NCBI GenBank assembly: GCA_964016885.1
Contig: OZ024755.1
Coordinates: 28,024,001 to 28,088,000, forward strand
Reading direction: 5' to 3'
DNA from: Eledone cirrhosa
Lineage: Eukaryota
DNA length: 64,000 bases
The first letter of the stretch is position 1. Each line of letters starts with the position of its first letter. Positions 1-14,312 of the stretch are shown one piece after another. The position numbers and the translations under genes are program-made. A model generated the notes under the pieces. The model made no database searches, was not told where the DNA came from, and saw nothing but the letters and a program-made list of their open reading frames with translations.

Positions 1-665
<665 letters not shown>

Positions 666-865
666 NNNNNNNNNNNNNNNNNNNNNNNNNNNNNNNNNNN
701 NNNNNNNNNNNNNNNNNNNNNNNNNNNNNNNNNNNNNNNNNNNNNNNNNNNNNNNNNNNNNNNNNNNNNNNNNNNNNNNNNNNNNNNNNNNNNNNNNNNN
801 NNNNNNNNNNNNNNNNNNNNNNNNNNNNNNNNNNNNNNNNNNNNNNNNNNNNNNNNNNNNNNNNN
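666..865. other. Assembly gap (200 N)
   Basis: Run of N. Confidence 0.99.
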
Positions 866-1290
866 CTGATTTTGTGCGAATATCTTCTGTACCTTGTTAT
901 ATTTAACACATTCTAAGAATGTGGTAATCTGTAGTCTCCACTCATTGGTTCGTTAATCCTCATGAAATCGATTTACAAAATACCGTTTATCCCTCATCCG
1001 GTCAAGTTGTCTTATGCATTCATTACTGAAGAATAACGCGGATGAGCTATACATTAGAATTTATTCTTAATAAACGCTACTCTATAGCTGATCCATGTTA
1101 TTCTTCACTCCTTTATTATTAATACCCCAGGAACCGCTTACTTAGGGACTGTTTGGAATCGGCCACCCGAGTACCACAACTAAGTAACATTTTGTCGAGT
1201 CAAACCACGCCAAACGTTATAATCATCCACGGTACAGATTGCTCATAACCTCTACTTGGATTACCTTAAATGATACCTCATTTACTTAAA

Positions 1291-1298
1291 CACACACA

Positions 1299-1389
<91 letters not shown>
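1291..1389. repeat. (CA)n microsatellite
   Basis: Direct reading. Confidence 0.97.
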
Positions 1390-1732
1390 GGTGGCTGCCA
1401 ACTCGTTTTCGAGTACGGCCACTACTTTATATCCATGTAGGAGAACCCCTACCGATGCGCTGAACGAGTGTGACTTTTTAGTTCAGCCAGCGACTTGACA
1501 ACTCTGGTACAAACACTACACCTGTTACAATTATTGACACATAGTGCTGGGCCCATGGTACCGTGTGACGACAAGTGCAGAGAGATCTCCAGATATAAAG
1601 CAATGCCTGTGCCGTGAAGCTTTTATAGTGAGCAAAGGCACTGCACAAAGCCAGTCCCACTCTCTTAACCAAGATGATATTTACCAAAAAGAAGAACAAG
1701 TCAACATCATTGGATACCACCAGCGTTGCAGG
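1389..1732 (-). mobile_element. Family A interspersed repeat, partial copy
   Basis: Near-identical reverse complement of ~45373-45718; also matches 55988-56225. Confidence 0.9.
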
Positions 1733-2473
1733 TATACATACATATATGCATACACACACACAATAGTATGGAGTATTGTAATTATCTATATATACACTTC
1801 AAGCCCCAAACCTATAAAAACAAGGGCTTGATATGTTGCTATTTATTAAAAGTCTTCGTATATACATACTTATACTACCCCAAATCCTTATATTTTAAAG
1901 CAGAGGCTTGATAATTTTTAGTTATTGCGTCGTTTTTAGTTACGAAGATGTAATTTACGAATAGTTTTTCATGTGAAATAATTGCAATCACAATAATGCA
2001 TAACATGTAACAACAAGCAAAATATAATGAATATATATACATATATATATATATTGATATTATTGGACTGTAAAATTGATATTCAGCATACTGTATTGTC
2101 GAATTAAAGCGTGGGAGTATATTAACATGTTCAAATTAATTTTGTTTACATCAGAAATAGTAAATGCTTAACGTTTATTGAAATTCATTCATTAATTTCT
2201 ACTATCCCATTTCTAAGCCTAATTATTACACCTACGCGTAAACAGACAGACATTATTGTATTCAACAATATAGGTAATTCTGAACGTAGATGAATACAAG
2301 ATCGATATAAAACATGTCTACATCGGGATAGCTACTCATTAAGGTAATACAAACACTGAGAAAACAAAAACCGTGAAGCTGTTAAAGTAAATTAGAAATA
2401 TTATTTAGTATTATACGCCCATAAATGTATTGTATATATTTATTGATTTCAGTGAAAAGAATAATACACGGGT

Positions 2474-3511
<1,038 letters not shown>

Positions 3512-3660
3512 AACGGCGATGAATTAGTTTTGCGAGGTTTTTGATATGAAATCGTGTGTCGAAACAAATATTGTTATACTTGGGGAGGGTCATATTTGTG
3601 TAATATTGCCAGAATTAATAACAGAACACACTCACTGTTTGGTTGGTTTTCGCTTTTCGC
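3512..3660. repeat. Short TA-associated repeat, family G
   Basis: TGTTATACTT(T)GGGAGGGTCAT shared with 13408; the GAAATCGTGTGT block is present there in the opposite orientation. Confidence 0.6.
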
Positions 3661-3784
3661 TTCTGTGTCTTTTATATCGGTAATCTAATTTATTCTGTCC
3701 TCAATGTTGCCATTGACTGACCAACGGTCAAAAATAATACAGATACAATATAGACACAAACACATATATATAGTTTATCAAAGT

Positions 3785-5225
3785 TCCTTCGTTGCACATC
3801 TGCAACATCGTCAGTGGTGCTATTGTTTCCTCCCGTTGCATTGTATTTTCTACGCCATCTTTATTTAGTCTGTTTATATATTTATATATTTATTTGTTTA
3901 TTTTATTTTGTCTTCTTTGCGCATGCGTTTGCGTGTGTGTATAGTGTTTTGTTTGATGTGTGTTCGTGATTGGGTGACTGTGTATTGGTTAATGTATTCT
4001 ATCTTTACTAGTGTGTGTTTATATGTGTTTGTTGTTATTGTGATTGTGTATGTATTTATTTATCTATTTATTTATTTATACTTCTCTTAGGTTAGTGTTG
4101 TTTGTTTGGGTGTTGTTGTTATTCCATTCATTCTTTCTGTTTAGCCTTGGCCTTCTAAGTTCTATTTCATTGGCCTCTCTGATTTGCCTATCTGCTGGGT
4201 CATTTCTATGTTTAGATATTATTCTAATTTCTATGTTGTCTATGTTACCGTCGTGTTGTTGTCTGGCATGTTCGTATAGTACTGAACCGTTTTTTCGTCC
4301 TTTTAGTTCCCCCCAGTGTTGGTCTATCCTTTCACCTATGCTACGAGCCGTCTCGGCTATGTATGTTGTTGTCATGTTTCTGCAAGTACCCTCTGTACAT
4401 CTTATGCTATAGACTACGTTTCTAGTTTTACAGTTTATCCGGGGTTTACCTTACATATGATACATTTCCTATTAATACAGTGGATTTTCTTAAAAGGGTA
4501 GGTTTTGCTGATCAGGGATTTTATGGTGGTTCCTGGCTTTTCTACCACTTTAATCTTTAAGTGGGTCTTTCTCAGGGCCTTTCTACTCTGGTTAGCTAAT
4601 TTCCCTCCAGGGGTAGCGTCCACAAACATGACACTCTGGTATCTCTGGTTGTCGTACCATGAGGTGGCTTTCCCTATCTTATGTCTAGCCCTATCTAAGC
4701 TATTCTATGATTTGCTCCTGTATAATGGGCAAATTCCTTTCATGTCCAGTTCTATGAGAGTCTTATACTTCTCCATGGCTCCTTCGTATACTCTGACTCT
4801 GTCTCTTTGGTTGTAGCCAGACAACTGCATGCGGTTGATGAAGTGTTGGATGTGTCTTTCCATTTCTGTTGGGTCGCACATGCGGGACACATTCTTCATC
4901 ACTCGTACCAAATCTGCGATCAGAATATTAAACTTAGCACTACTGGACATTGCTGAGTTTTTGCGTATCAGGTATTTGGAGGCCATGGGTTTAGTATAAT
5001 GTGAGTGGAGAATTTGGGCTCTCTTGTCTATAGTGTTAATCCAGAGTTCTGTGTCTAATACAGGTAGTCTATTGTTAGGGTGTTTGGAAGGGTAGTCGAT
5101 AGTTACAGTTATACTCTGGTGTATGGAATTAGCTATCGGCTGGATGCTTTCCATTGTGCTACTTTCTAAATCAAACTTGTTAGTTCTCTCTAGTGGGGGT
5201 GTTCTTATAACTATATTGATATCGT
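3785..5225 (-). mobile_element. Penelope-like retroelement 3' part: RT C-terminus, Cys-rich linker, GIY-YIG endonuclease, 3' UTR (disrupted)
   Basis: Joined minus ORFs give DDINIV, LPVLD, HYTKPM, SGY, PLYR, CxxxxCxxC, then VVYSIRC...C...YIAETARSIGERIDQH...H...H and REANEI...PRLNRKNEW; TAG at 4705-4707 and a frameshift near 4435. Confidence 0.92.
3788..3818 (-). ncRNA. Degenerate hammerhead remnant in the PLE 3' UTR
   Basis: Minus strand CTGACGA-T-GTTGCA-gatg-TGCAAC-GAA(G); GAAA and stem III are lost. Confidence 0.55.
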
Positions 5226-6126
5226 CTAATAATAATAATAGAAACATTAACTACAGACACAGCAGCAGCGACCACAGTAGCAATAACGGCAACAACACGA
5301 ATACCAACAACAACAACCACGGTGGTAATAATAGAAATAATACATGTAGCAACATTAATGATAGACACAACAAAAACAAGAAACATAATAAAAATAACAA
5401 CCACAATGGTAGAAATAACAGTAACAACAACAATAACGGCGAAGTAAACAACAATCACAGCAACAATACATCTAACAATCATAACAACAATACATCTAAC
5501 AATCACAGCAACAATACATCTAGCAATCATAACAACAATACATCTAACAATCACAGCAACAATACATCTAGCAATCATAACAACAATACATCTAACAATC
5601 ACAGCAACAATACATCTAGCAATCATAACAATAAGAATAATGCTAATGATGGGAACAACAACAACCACCATAATAACAATAATAGCAACACACACAACTA
5701 TGACGATAGATATAATGACAACCCCTTAGAGAAACCATTCTTCAACCCAGCTGACAAAACATATAAGATGGGTAATATCTATCCTACGAGGTTACCCTTT
5801 AATAAAAGGGTTTGTATACCACAACAAATAGATGACGAGACAGAGGCACAGTTCACCATAGCTAGAAATAAGATTAGACAAATAGTAGACCGGTATACTA
5901 AGAGACAGAGCAGACCAGAGGTCCAACAACTTGGGAGGAAACCTGTAGAAGGCTTGGTTAGCCTCAAGCAGCGCACAAGGGATGGTGAGGTAGTATGTCT
6001 ACCCACGGATAAGTCTGGTAGGATGTCAATAGACAGCATGCCGAACTACATCAATGCTATGCAACCCCACATCACCAACACGAGTGAAATTACACAGCAA
6101 ACACATGATGGGAGAGAGAAGATCCT
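5226..6126 (+). mobile_element. Inverted N-terminal segment of a Penelope-like ORF (Asn-rich region plus pre-RT DK motif)
   Basis: Plus ORF contains [28 protein letters not shown], resembling the PLE pre-RT (A/T)DKG region; abuts the minus-strand RT. Confidence 0.75.
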
Positions 6127-6545
6127 GTATATATATAATGTATATGTATATATATGATGTATATGTATATATATGATGTATATATATGTGTGTGTATATA
6201 TATATACACACATATATATAAATACATATATGTATATATGTATATATATATGTGTATATATACACATATATAAATACATATATATATATGTGTATATATG
6301 TATGTGTATATATATATATACACATATATATATATAAATACATATATATATATGTGTATATATATAAATACATATATATATGTGTATATATATATATATA
6401 TATACACACACATATATATATAAATACATATAAATACACACACATATATATATGTGTGTATATACATATATATATACACATATATATATATATACACACA
6501 CACACATATATATATATACACCCACACACACATATATATGCATAT
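6127..6545. repeat. TA/CA compound microsatellite
   Basis: Direct reading. Confidence 0.95.
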
Positions 6546-6594
6546 AAACGCAATCACACACTCACATACATGAAAACACTTATATTCACATAGG

Positions 6595-8370
6595 CACACA
6601 TATGTAGAACACATACATATGAGTGTGTACACATATGTAGAACACATACATATGAGTGTGTACACATATGTAGAACACATACATATGAGTGTGTACACAT
6701 ATGTAGAACACACACAGATGAGTGTCTACACATATGTAGAATACATACATATGAGTGTGTAGACATATATAGAACACACACAGGTGAGTGTGTATACATA
6801 TGTAGAACACGCACAGATGAATGTGTACCCATATGTAGAACACATACATATGAGTGTGTACACATATGTAGCACACACACAGATGAGTGTGTAGACGTAT
6901 GTAGAACACACACAGATGAGTGTGTAGACGTATGTAGAACACATACATATGAATGTATACACATATGTAGAACACACACAGATCAGTGAGTACACATATG
7001 TAGAACACACACAGATTCGTGTGTACCCATATGTAGAACACATACATATGGATGTGTACACATATGTAGAACTCATACATATGAGTGTGTACACATATGT
7101 AGAACACACACAGATTCGTGTGTACCCATATGTAGAACACATACATATGGATGTGTACACATATGTAGAACACATACATATGTGTGTGTACACATATGTA
7201 GAACTCATACATATGAATGTGTACACATATGTAGAACACATACATATGGATGTGTACACATATGTAGACCTCATACATATGAGTGTGTACACATATGTAG
7301 AACACATACATATGAGTGTGTACACATATGTAGAACACATACATATGAGTGTGTACACATATGTAGAACACATACATATGAGTGTGTACACACATGTAGA
7401 ACACATACATATGAATGTGTACACATATGTAGAACACATACATATGAGTGTGTACACATATGTAGAACACATACATATGAGTGTGTACACATATGTAGAA
7501 CACATACATATGAGTGTGTACATATATGTAGAACACATACATATGAGTGTGTACATATATGTAGAACACATACATATGAGTGTGTACACATATGTAGAAC
7601 ACATACATATGAGTGTGTACATATATGTAGAACACATACATATGAGTGTGTACACATATGTAGAACACATACATATGAGTGTGTACACATATGTAGAACA
7701 CATACATATGAGTGTGTACATATATGTAGAACACATACATATGAGTGTGTACATATATGTAGAACACATACATATGAGTGTGTACACATATGTAGAACAC
7801 ATACATATGAGTGTGTACATATATGTAGAACACATACATATGAGTGTGTACACATATGTAGAACACATACATATGAATGTGTACACATATGTAGAACACA
7901 TACATATGAGTGTGTACACATATGTAGAACACATACATATGAGTGTGTACACATATGTAGAACACATACATATGAGTGTGTACATATATGTAGAACACAT
8001 ACATATGAGTGTGTACATATATGTAGAACACATACATATGAGTGTGTACACATATGTAGAACACATACATATGAGTATGTACATATATGTAGAACACATA
8101 CATATGAGTGTGTACACATATGTAGAACACATACATATGAGTGTGTACACATATGTAGAACACATACATATGAGTGTGTACACATATGTAGAACACATAC
8201 ATATGAGTGTGTACACATATGTAGAACACATACATATGAGTGTGTACACATATGTAGAACACATACATATGAGTGTGTACACATATGTAGAACACATACA
8301 TATGAGTGTGTACACATATGTAGAACACATACATATGAGTGTGTACATATATGTAGAACACATACATATG
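6595..8370. repeat. 33-bp minisatellite (GAGTGTGTACACATATGTAGAACACATACATAT), roughly 54 units
   Basis: 33-bp period; 11-aa periodicity in all ORF frames. Confidence 0.97.
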
Positions 8371-8446
8371 TGTGTGTTCAACATTACGTAACGATCGTTT
8401 CAACGTATTTTTACGCAATTCCCTGAATTGCGTAAAAATACGTAAC

Positions 8447-8612
8447 TATAATTGTTTCTACTTTTGGCACAAGGCCAGCAATTACCCCAGTGCATTACTG
8501 GTGCTTTTAATTTTATCGACCCCGGAAGATGGAAGGAAAAGCGAACCTCGGCGGGATTTGTACTCAGAACACAAAGGGCCATAACTCTATGCTCCAAAAC
8601 ATGGTGTCTGGC
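8447..8612 (-). mobile_element. SINE1 (tRNA-derived), diverged
   Basis: Matches SINE1 consensus in reverse. Confidence 0.85.
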
Positions 8613-8838
8613 GCTAATCCTTGACTCATAGAGCTCCAGTTATTCAAATATATAAGGGAAGACTAAAAAGTGATTCATAATTAAACCAACATTAAAAACG
8701 CCAACCTTCCAAATCGAAAATAATCTATAAATATAAAGATTACCATAAAATTCAAAAAATGTATAAGAGAAAAGATAAAGAGAAAAAGATACCTTAAAAA
8801 AAATGTAAGAATATGACTGCTCTTGTTTTTCATACCGT

Positions 8839-8950
8839 AGTCACCAAGCTTCCTCACCAAGCAAGCTTTGTGAGGTTGTCGGTTTAATCGTCGACGACCT
8901 GACCCGACCATCTACAGGTTGTACTGGATTTCAGTTTACCAGTAGCGCTG
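8839..8950 (-). mobile_element. Diverged relative of the family A 5' region
   Basis: CCTCACCAAG...GACCCGACCAT...AGGTTGTACTGG...TTACCAGTAGC matches 56376-56472. Confidence 0.7.
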
Positions 8951-11121
8951 AAGAGCGAACCGACATACGTACATACATACATGCACACAAACTTATTAAC
9001 TTACACACACACACATACATATATACATACACACACATACATACATGAATATATTTATACATACATACATGCATGCGTACATAGAGGGTGCTCTAGGTAG
9101 AGAACTGTGATAGATATAGAAAATAATAGAATGTGGTGCAGAAATGTGTAAAAATGTTTCCCACTCAAAATTGACTTTTATGTTAGAACATAGATTCAAT
9201 TCAATTGAATAACACACGTATATTATTAATATAGTGTTACATTTCGCTTTTATGAATGGATCAAAATAATACTGCAGCCATTTTAGTTGCTATTGCAAAT
9301 GGCGCAACAGTTTTCTGTAATTATATGAATAGGTGGTGGTGAATGTTTAAAAGAGTCCTTCATTAATAGCACACTCTCCGTTTACAAAAGCAGACTTCAA
9401 ACGTGAAGGGAGCATATGGAATTACTAAAAGGTAATCGCGTGATACGGATGGGTTCATCGCGAAATAGATTTCATTTATTTTTTTATTTAACAATGAAAG
9501 AGAATTATAAATGTATGGAATATTTAGATTAATTAATATTGGATGTGAACTGAACAAAGCAGCATAGAAATAACTTGAATGCATAATTGCGCCACGTCTC
9601 TTCGTTTACGTGAAGTTTGATATGTACACAGACACATGCACACATGGTGTGTGTATATGCGTGCTCGTATACATACAAAACACAAACACAAACACACACA
9701 TATATATACATGTGTGTGTGTGTTTGTGTTTTGTATGTATACGAAAACGCATATATACACATGCACGCGCACGTACACACTAACACAAATTAAATATGCG
9801 TATATATATGTATATGTTATATATATATATATATATATATATAAGGACCATACCTTCCTTCCCAAGAGAGTTTAAAGTAAACACATCTTGGAAGTGATAC
9901 ATTGATACGTTTCTACTCTTCTTCGTTCCTCTTCTCCCTGCAAACTCAACTGAACCAAATGCAAACGGAACCTTTTTTGTTATTAACGATAAATCAACGT
10001 AATCTTACAAAGCAATATACAGCAAAATTGTCATTCTACGAATTATACCATCGGCAGATCAAGATATATTTTAATATATACACTTTTGGAGAGGGGGAAC
10101 ACACAAATCATCATAACGGTGTGTGTTTGATTAACAATAGTTATATTAACCGCAGAAGGATAAATTATAAAGCCGAATCGTCCGAGATTGGCTTCATAAC
10201 CACTTAAAGTGATGGAACTAATTATTACACGACGTCTTTCTTCGTTTCTCCACTATATTTACTACACATCGTTTGAAATCAATTAAAATAAATATTGTTT
10301 TCTAATATAAAAAGAAAACCACAGTTTTTGTGTATGCTGGATTATATCGACAGCAGAACTTGACTGATATTTTGTATCGTCAGTGGATCGAGAAAAGATG
10401 TCATATCTATGATTATTTGAAACATTAATGTAATAAATCTTAAATTGTAGGCAGTAATTTCTATTGAATTTATTCGCAAGCGTCTTTTCTAAAACGAAAA
10501 ATAAAGAATGGAAAGAAAGCGGGAACGTGTCAGGGAGAGTTATATAGACGGAGGCAAAAACTATATGATCTGTTGAATCAGAAATGCCACAGGCATGTGA
10601 ATGAATAAACAGTCATGTGAATGAATACCTAAGCCACACGAGGTGAAAGATGATTTACAAAATATATTTGATGATTGGAAAAAGTTATATTTGGAAAGAG
10701 TTTACGATATAACATGTTTATATGAGAAGAGGAGGGGAGAAAAAAATTCAATAAGGAACAATTAACCTACGAGTATTATTCCTGTGATCTCGCTTATGCT
10801 GTAAAATATATGTAGCAATGCATTTGATATAGAGATATTAATTCGTTGCTCCAAGCTATCCCGTGAATAATACAATCAATATCAGTTTGCTTGAATTTAA
10901 TATACACTGTGCTGCAAATTGCAATAGTTTATAAAGGACGGAAAAAAAGTATTTAGATATTTTATTGCATAGGATGATACGATATTTCAATATGAAAAAA
11001 TAAACACGGGAGCCCATAGTGTTTTCCGAAAACTTCTAATATGTCTTATATTTGGTCAGCTGCTTTCAGTATAAGAAACTGAGTGAAGAACAACTCTAAT
11101 AGAATATAGAATTATCAAACG

Positions 11122-11636
11122 TCTTCTTTCTGACGCTAAACCCCACCAGTTGCAGACTGCGCATTATATGTGATATTTCTCTCCACAAAGTTCGATGACC
11201 AGCAGCAGAGTTCAAAGAGCAAAGATAAAGTCCATGAATTGACATGGTCAAGCCATCGTTTTGGCTGCCGGCCTCTGCTTCTCTTACTAGCCAACCTACT
11301 CACACCACGAGTTGATCTTTTTATATGACCGTATAGTTTGAGTACTCTTGACTTGGCAATTGATGTAATTGGTCTAAGTCTGGTAATGTTGAGCAGCTCA
11401 CTGATACAGATACGGTCGCTGAGCGGCTTGCCAGTCATAAGTCTCATGATGTAGTTCTGGAATGTAGAGAGCTTCTGAAGTAACCTTGTCGTCCAATTAA
11501 CACAGTCAAGACCATATGACACAACTGGTAGGATGTAAGTATCAAAGACCTTAGCTTTCAAATGGTAGGAAACTCGTTTTGATGTTAGTACTTCCTTGTT
11601 CTTGTTGAAAGCTGCCCAACCTAGAGCGATTCGATA
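11122..11636 (-). mobile_element. RTE-like LINE 3' fragment
   Basis: KAKVFDTYILPVVSYG...LKLYGHIKR...KRSRGRQPKRWLD, typical of LINE ORF C-termini. Confidence 0.85.
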
Positions 11637-12169
11637 ATGATGACATACAAATATACGTAGGGCATCACTAAAAACAGTAGTTAGGTAGTTAGAGAAAAGA
11701 CAATGAGCGATGTATTAATATTTCCTGATGATAGGAATAGGAACAATGATAGAAATATTCACTTCACCGGCAAAAAAAAAGCAGCAAGAAACAGTATACG
11801 AAAAACAGAGATGAGAGCGGTGTCATCTGCGTTTGACTAAGTTGCAGCGTTTTAAATGTTCTTCATCTGTAACCATTTTATCATATCTAGGCAAAATGTT
11901 CAGTTTCAAAGAGAAGCTGCCCTGTTCCATACAGCTATCATAATTCTTTCAATAAAAACACCTTAAACTCTCCTCTCTACATTCGTTCACATTATCGTTT
12001 TTACGAACCGAGTAAAATTGAACTCAACTAGAAGTATATAGACAGGGACACATATATAACGAATGGCCATTTAACAAAAAAAAGCCATGAAAGTGCATGC
12101 CAAAACAAATATCTAACATGAGATTTGATATTACTTTCTGATTTAGTTAGTACCTTTAGTGTCCGGTTC

Positions 12170-12700
12170 AGAATATTAAAGGTGTAGCTCATTCTTGGGA
12201 TTGCTAAAGTCTTGATAACTGGTTTTTACATCCATATGAGCCTCTACGGCATCTTTTCTGTTCCTCTGGGAGCAGATTGTTTTTTTCCCGGTGATTGGTT
12301 AATTTATGTGATAGTATTGAAGTTAAGGTTTTGTATGTAGTAGGCAAGCATGTTATGGGTCTGTAATTTTGAAGATTTACTGTCATTATTCTGGGTGATC
12401 AGGGTCGTTTCCCCCTTATTGAGACAGTCAGGTTTTTTTTCTGGTTCTATCAGCATTTCATTAAATTTCTTTGCAAGCATATTTTGCAAGCATATCACAA
12501 TTTCCTATCTAAATCTATTTATAGCTCCAGTACCTCGATGATGATAAGGGGTAGCGAGTTTGTGACACCGAATGGATCATACGGCCTATACCATATGGAG
12601 CAACCTATTCTTACTGTAGCATCTCATCCCTTGCTGTCCAGTTCCAGTGATGTCAGACCTAGTACGTCGCTTTTAGCGAGAGATATCTGACTCCTTCAAG
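12170..12700 (-). mobile_element. RLE-type (R4/Dong-like) LINE RT fragment
   Basis: KGETTLI, NYRPITCLPTTYK, LPEEQKRCRRGSYGCKNQL; frameshifted. Confidence 0.85.
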
Positions 12701-13372
12701 AATCTTTCCGGTGACTTTCAGGCTTCTGTTCTATCTCTAAAATGTGTTTAAATTCAGCCACCGATTGGATCGCAACGCATTATATGAATGATTAACCTGG
12801 TGTTGCTGTGGAATGAAGCATTAGTTTCTATACTTTTGAAGACACCGACAACCTGGAGTGACCCTGTACAGGAAGTGATGGTAACCGAATCAACGGATAA
12901 TTGAAGAACGCCGATAGTATTGTAACACTAAATAAGTTGTTCATGCGGTAGACGTAGGCTTATTTCTTGACTTGTCTTTCATACACACGATACAGACATA
13001 GTTTATCACCAGTTTTTAAATACACTAGCAGAAAAACTTTATTATAGTTTAGATTTGTTACATTTTTTTCTCAAGGATGTTAATGTATACCAGCATTTGT
13101 ATTTCCAGTCAAATGCTTTACCACTGTGTTATATCCTAGAGACTATAAATTTTCCATTAGATGTACCACCAAAGGCAGCCTAAAATCAATCAGAAACTCT
13201 CAGAAAAACATATATATATTGAATAAAAAATGATGTAACCGCTCTTGCTTGAATGACATTGCTCATGAGTAGACGATCATGAAGAATAATATTCGAATTT
13301 GGGTAAGCAGACGTCATTTAGGAAGCTACTAAATGGAATTACAACATAAAAACGTATCTATTTCCGACTGAT

Positions 13373-13407
<35 letters not shown>

Positions 13408-13528
13408 TGTTATACTTTGGGAGGGTCATGTTGTCAATAAGAGACACACGCACCAGTTGCTTTCACTTCAGTATCGGTTTCAACACACGATTTCAGATAA
13501 AGAATCTTGCTAAACAAATTCAGAAACG

Positions 13529-13532
<4 letters not shown>
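13408..13532. repeat. Family G copy
   Basis: Shares blocks with 3512-3660; flanked by TA. Confidence 0.6.
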
Positions 13533-13578
<46 letters not shown>

Positions 13579-13590
13579 ATTATTATTATT

Positions 13591-13679
13591 ATTATTAGAA
13601 ATGTAAGCTATCGCCGTATTTTGACTAAAGAAATTATTTCTTTAGTCAAAATACGGCGATAGCTTACATTTCTAATAAT
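13591..13679. repeat. Near-perfect ~89-bp palindrome
   Basis: ATTAGAAATGTAAGCTATCGCCGTATTTTGACTAAAGAAAT followed directly by its reverse complement. Confidence 0.95.
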
Positions 13680-13741
13680 TTCAAACCAACTCACTGTTTC
13701 GAAAATATTCTTACTTGATATATATATATATATATATATAT

Positions 13742-13926
13742 GTAGATAAATCTACCAAAAGTTTACGGTAGTGTCCAATCCGTATGAAGAACTCAATGTA
13801 ATCCGGATATCATTAAAAGAGAAGATGCATTCAAAAACTACTTTCGGTGAAAAATAAACGGAAAACAGAGTCAAGATAAATTATTAAAAAAATAATGAAT
13901 AAACAAAGAAACAGTTCCTTATATTA
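13742..13926 (-). mobile_element. Family B element, tail-only copy (no hammerhead segment)
   Basis: GTAGATAAATCTACC...GGTAGTGTCCAATCCGTATG matches 40759, 50897 and (reverse) 49612. Confidence 0.85.
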
Positions 13927-14312
13927 TATATATATATTTAATCAGTCGGAAATAGATACGTTATGTTGTTATAATTCCATTTTCATATATATATATATAT
14001 ATATATAACTTAGACAATGACCTCACAAAATATAGAAATGAGTAGTCGACTCTCTTGAATAGTGAGCAAATGACATGTTTTGATCCTGGTAGATGGATAT
14101 ATTCGGAAAACATTATAAAATTAAACAAACGGTATATAGAGTTAGAAAGACAGACACACTGAGAAATGTTTGTGTAAAATAAACGAGGCATGACGATCAA
14201 ATAACTTTGCTTCTATTAACGAGGAACATACAAGAGTATGTGAGAAATGATATATAATCAGTGCCAGAAGAATTGTTTGTCCTCTGTTAATATGTCATTA
14301 TTGGGGGGGATT

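Larger units (their letters stand above)
13332..13982. repeat. Inverted arms (13332-13380 / 13933-13982) enclosing TA tracts and nested elements
   Basis: AATGGAATTA...CGTATCTATTTCCGACTGATTAAAT recurs reverse-complemented at 13933-13982. Confidence 0.85.

Noticed and set aside
1478-1831. Recurrent ORFs in family A copies
   Set aside because: Recurrence reflects DNA-level identity of a repeat; no protein motif recognised.
4435-4707. Programmed recoding (selenocysteine) in the PLE ORF
   Set aside because: Interruptions are a TAG (likely from TGG) and a 1-nt frameshift, not in-frame TGA.
6595-8370. CRISPR-like periodicity
   Set aside because: Units are contiguous with no unique spacers, there are no cas genes, and the context is eukaryotic.
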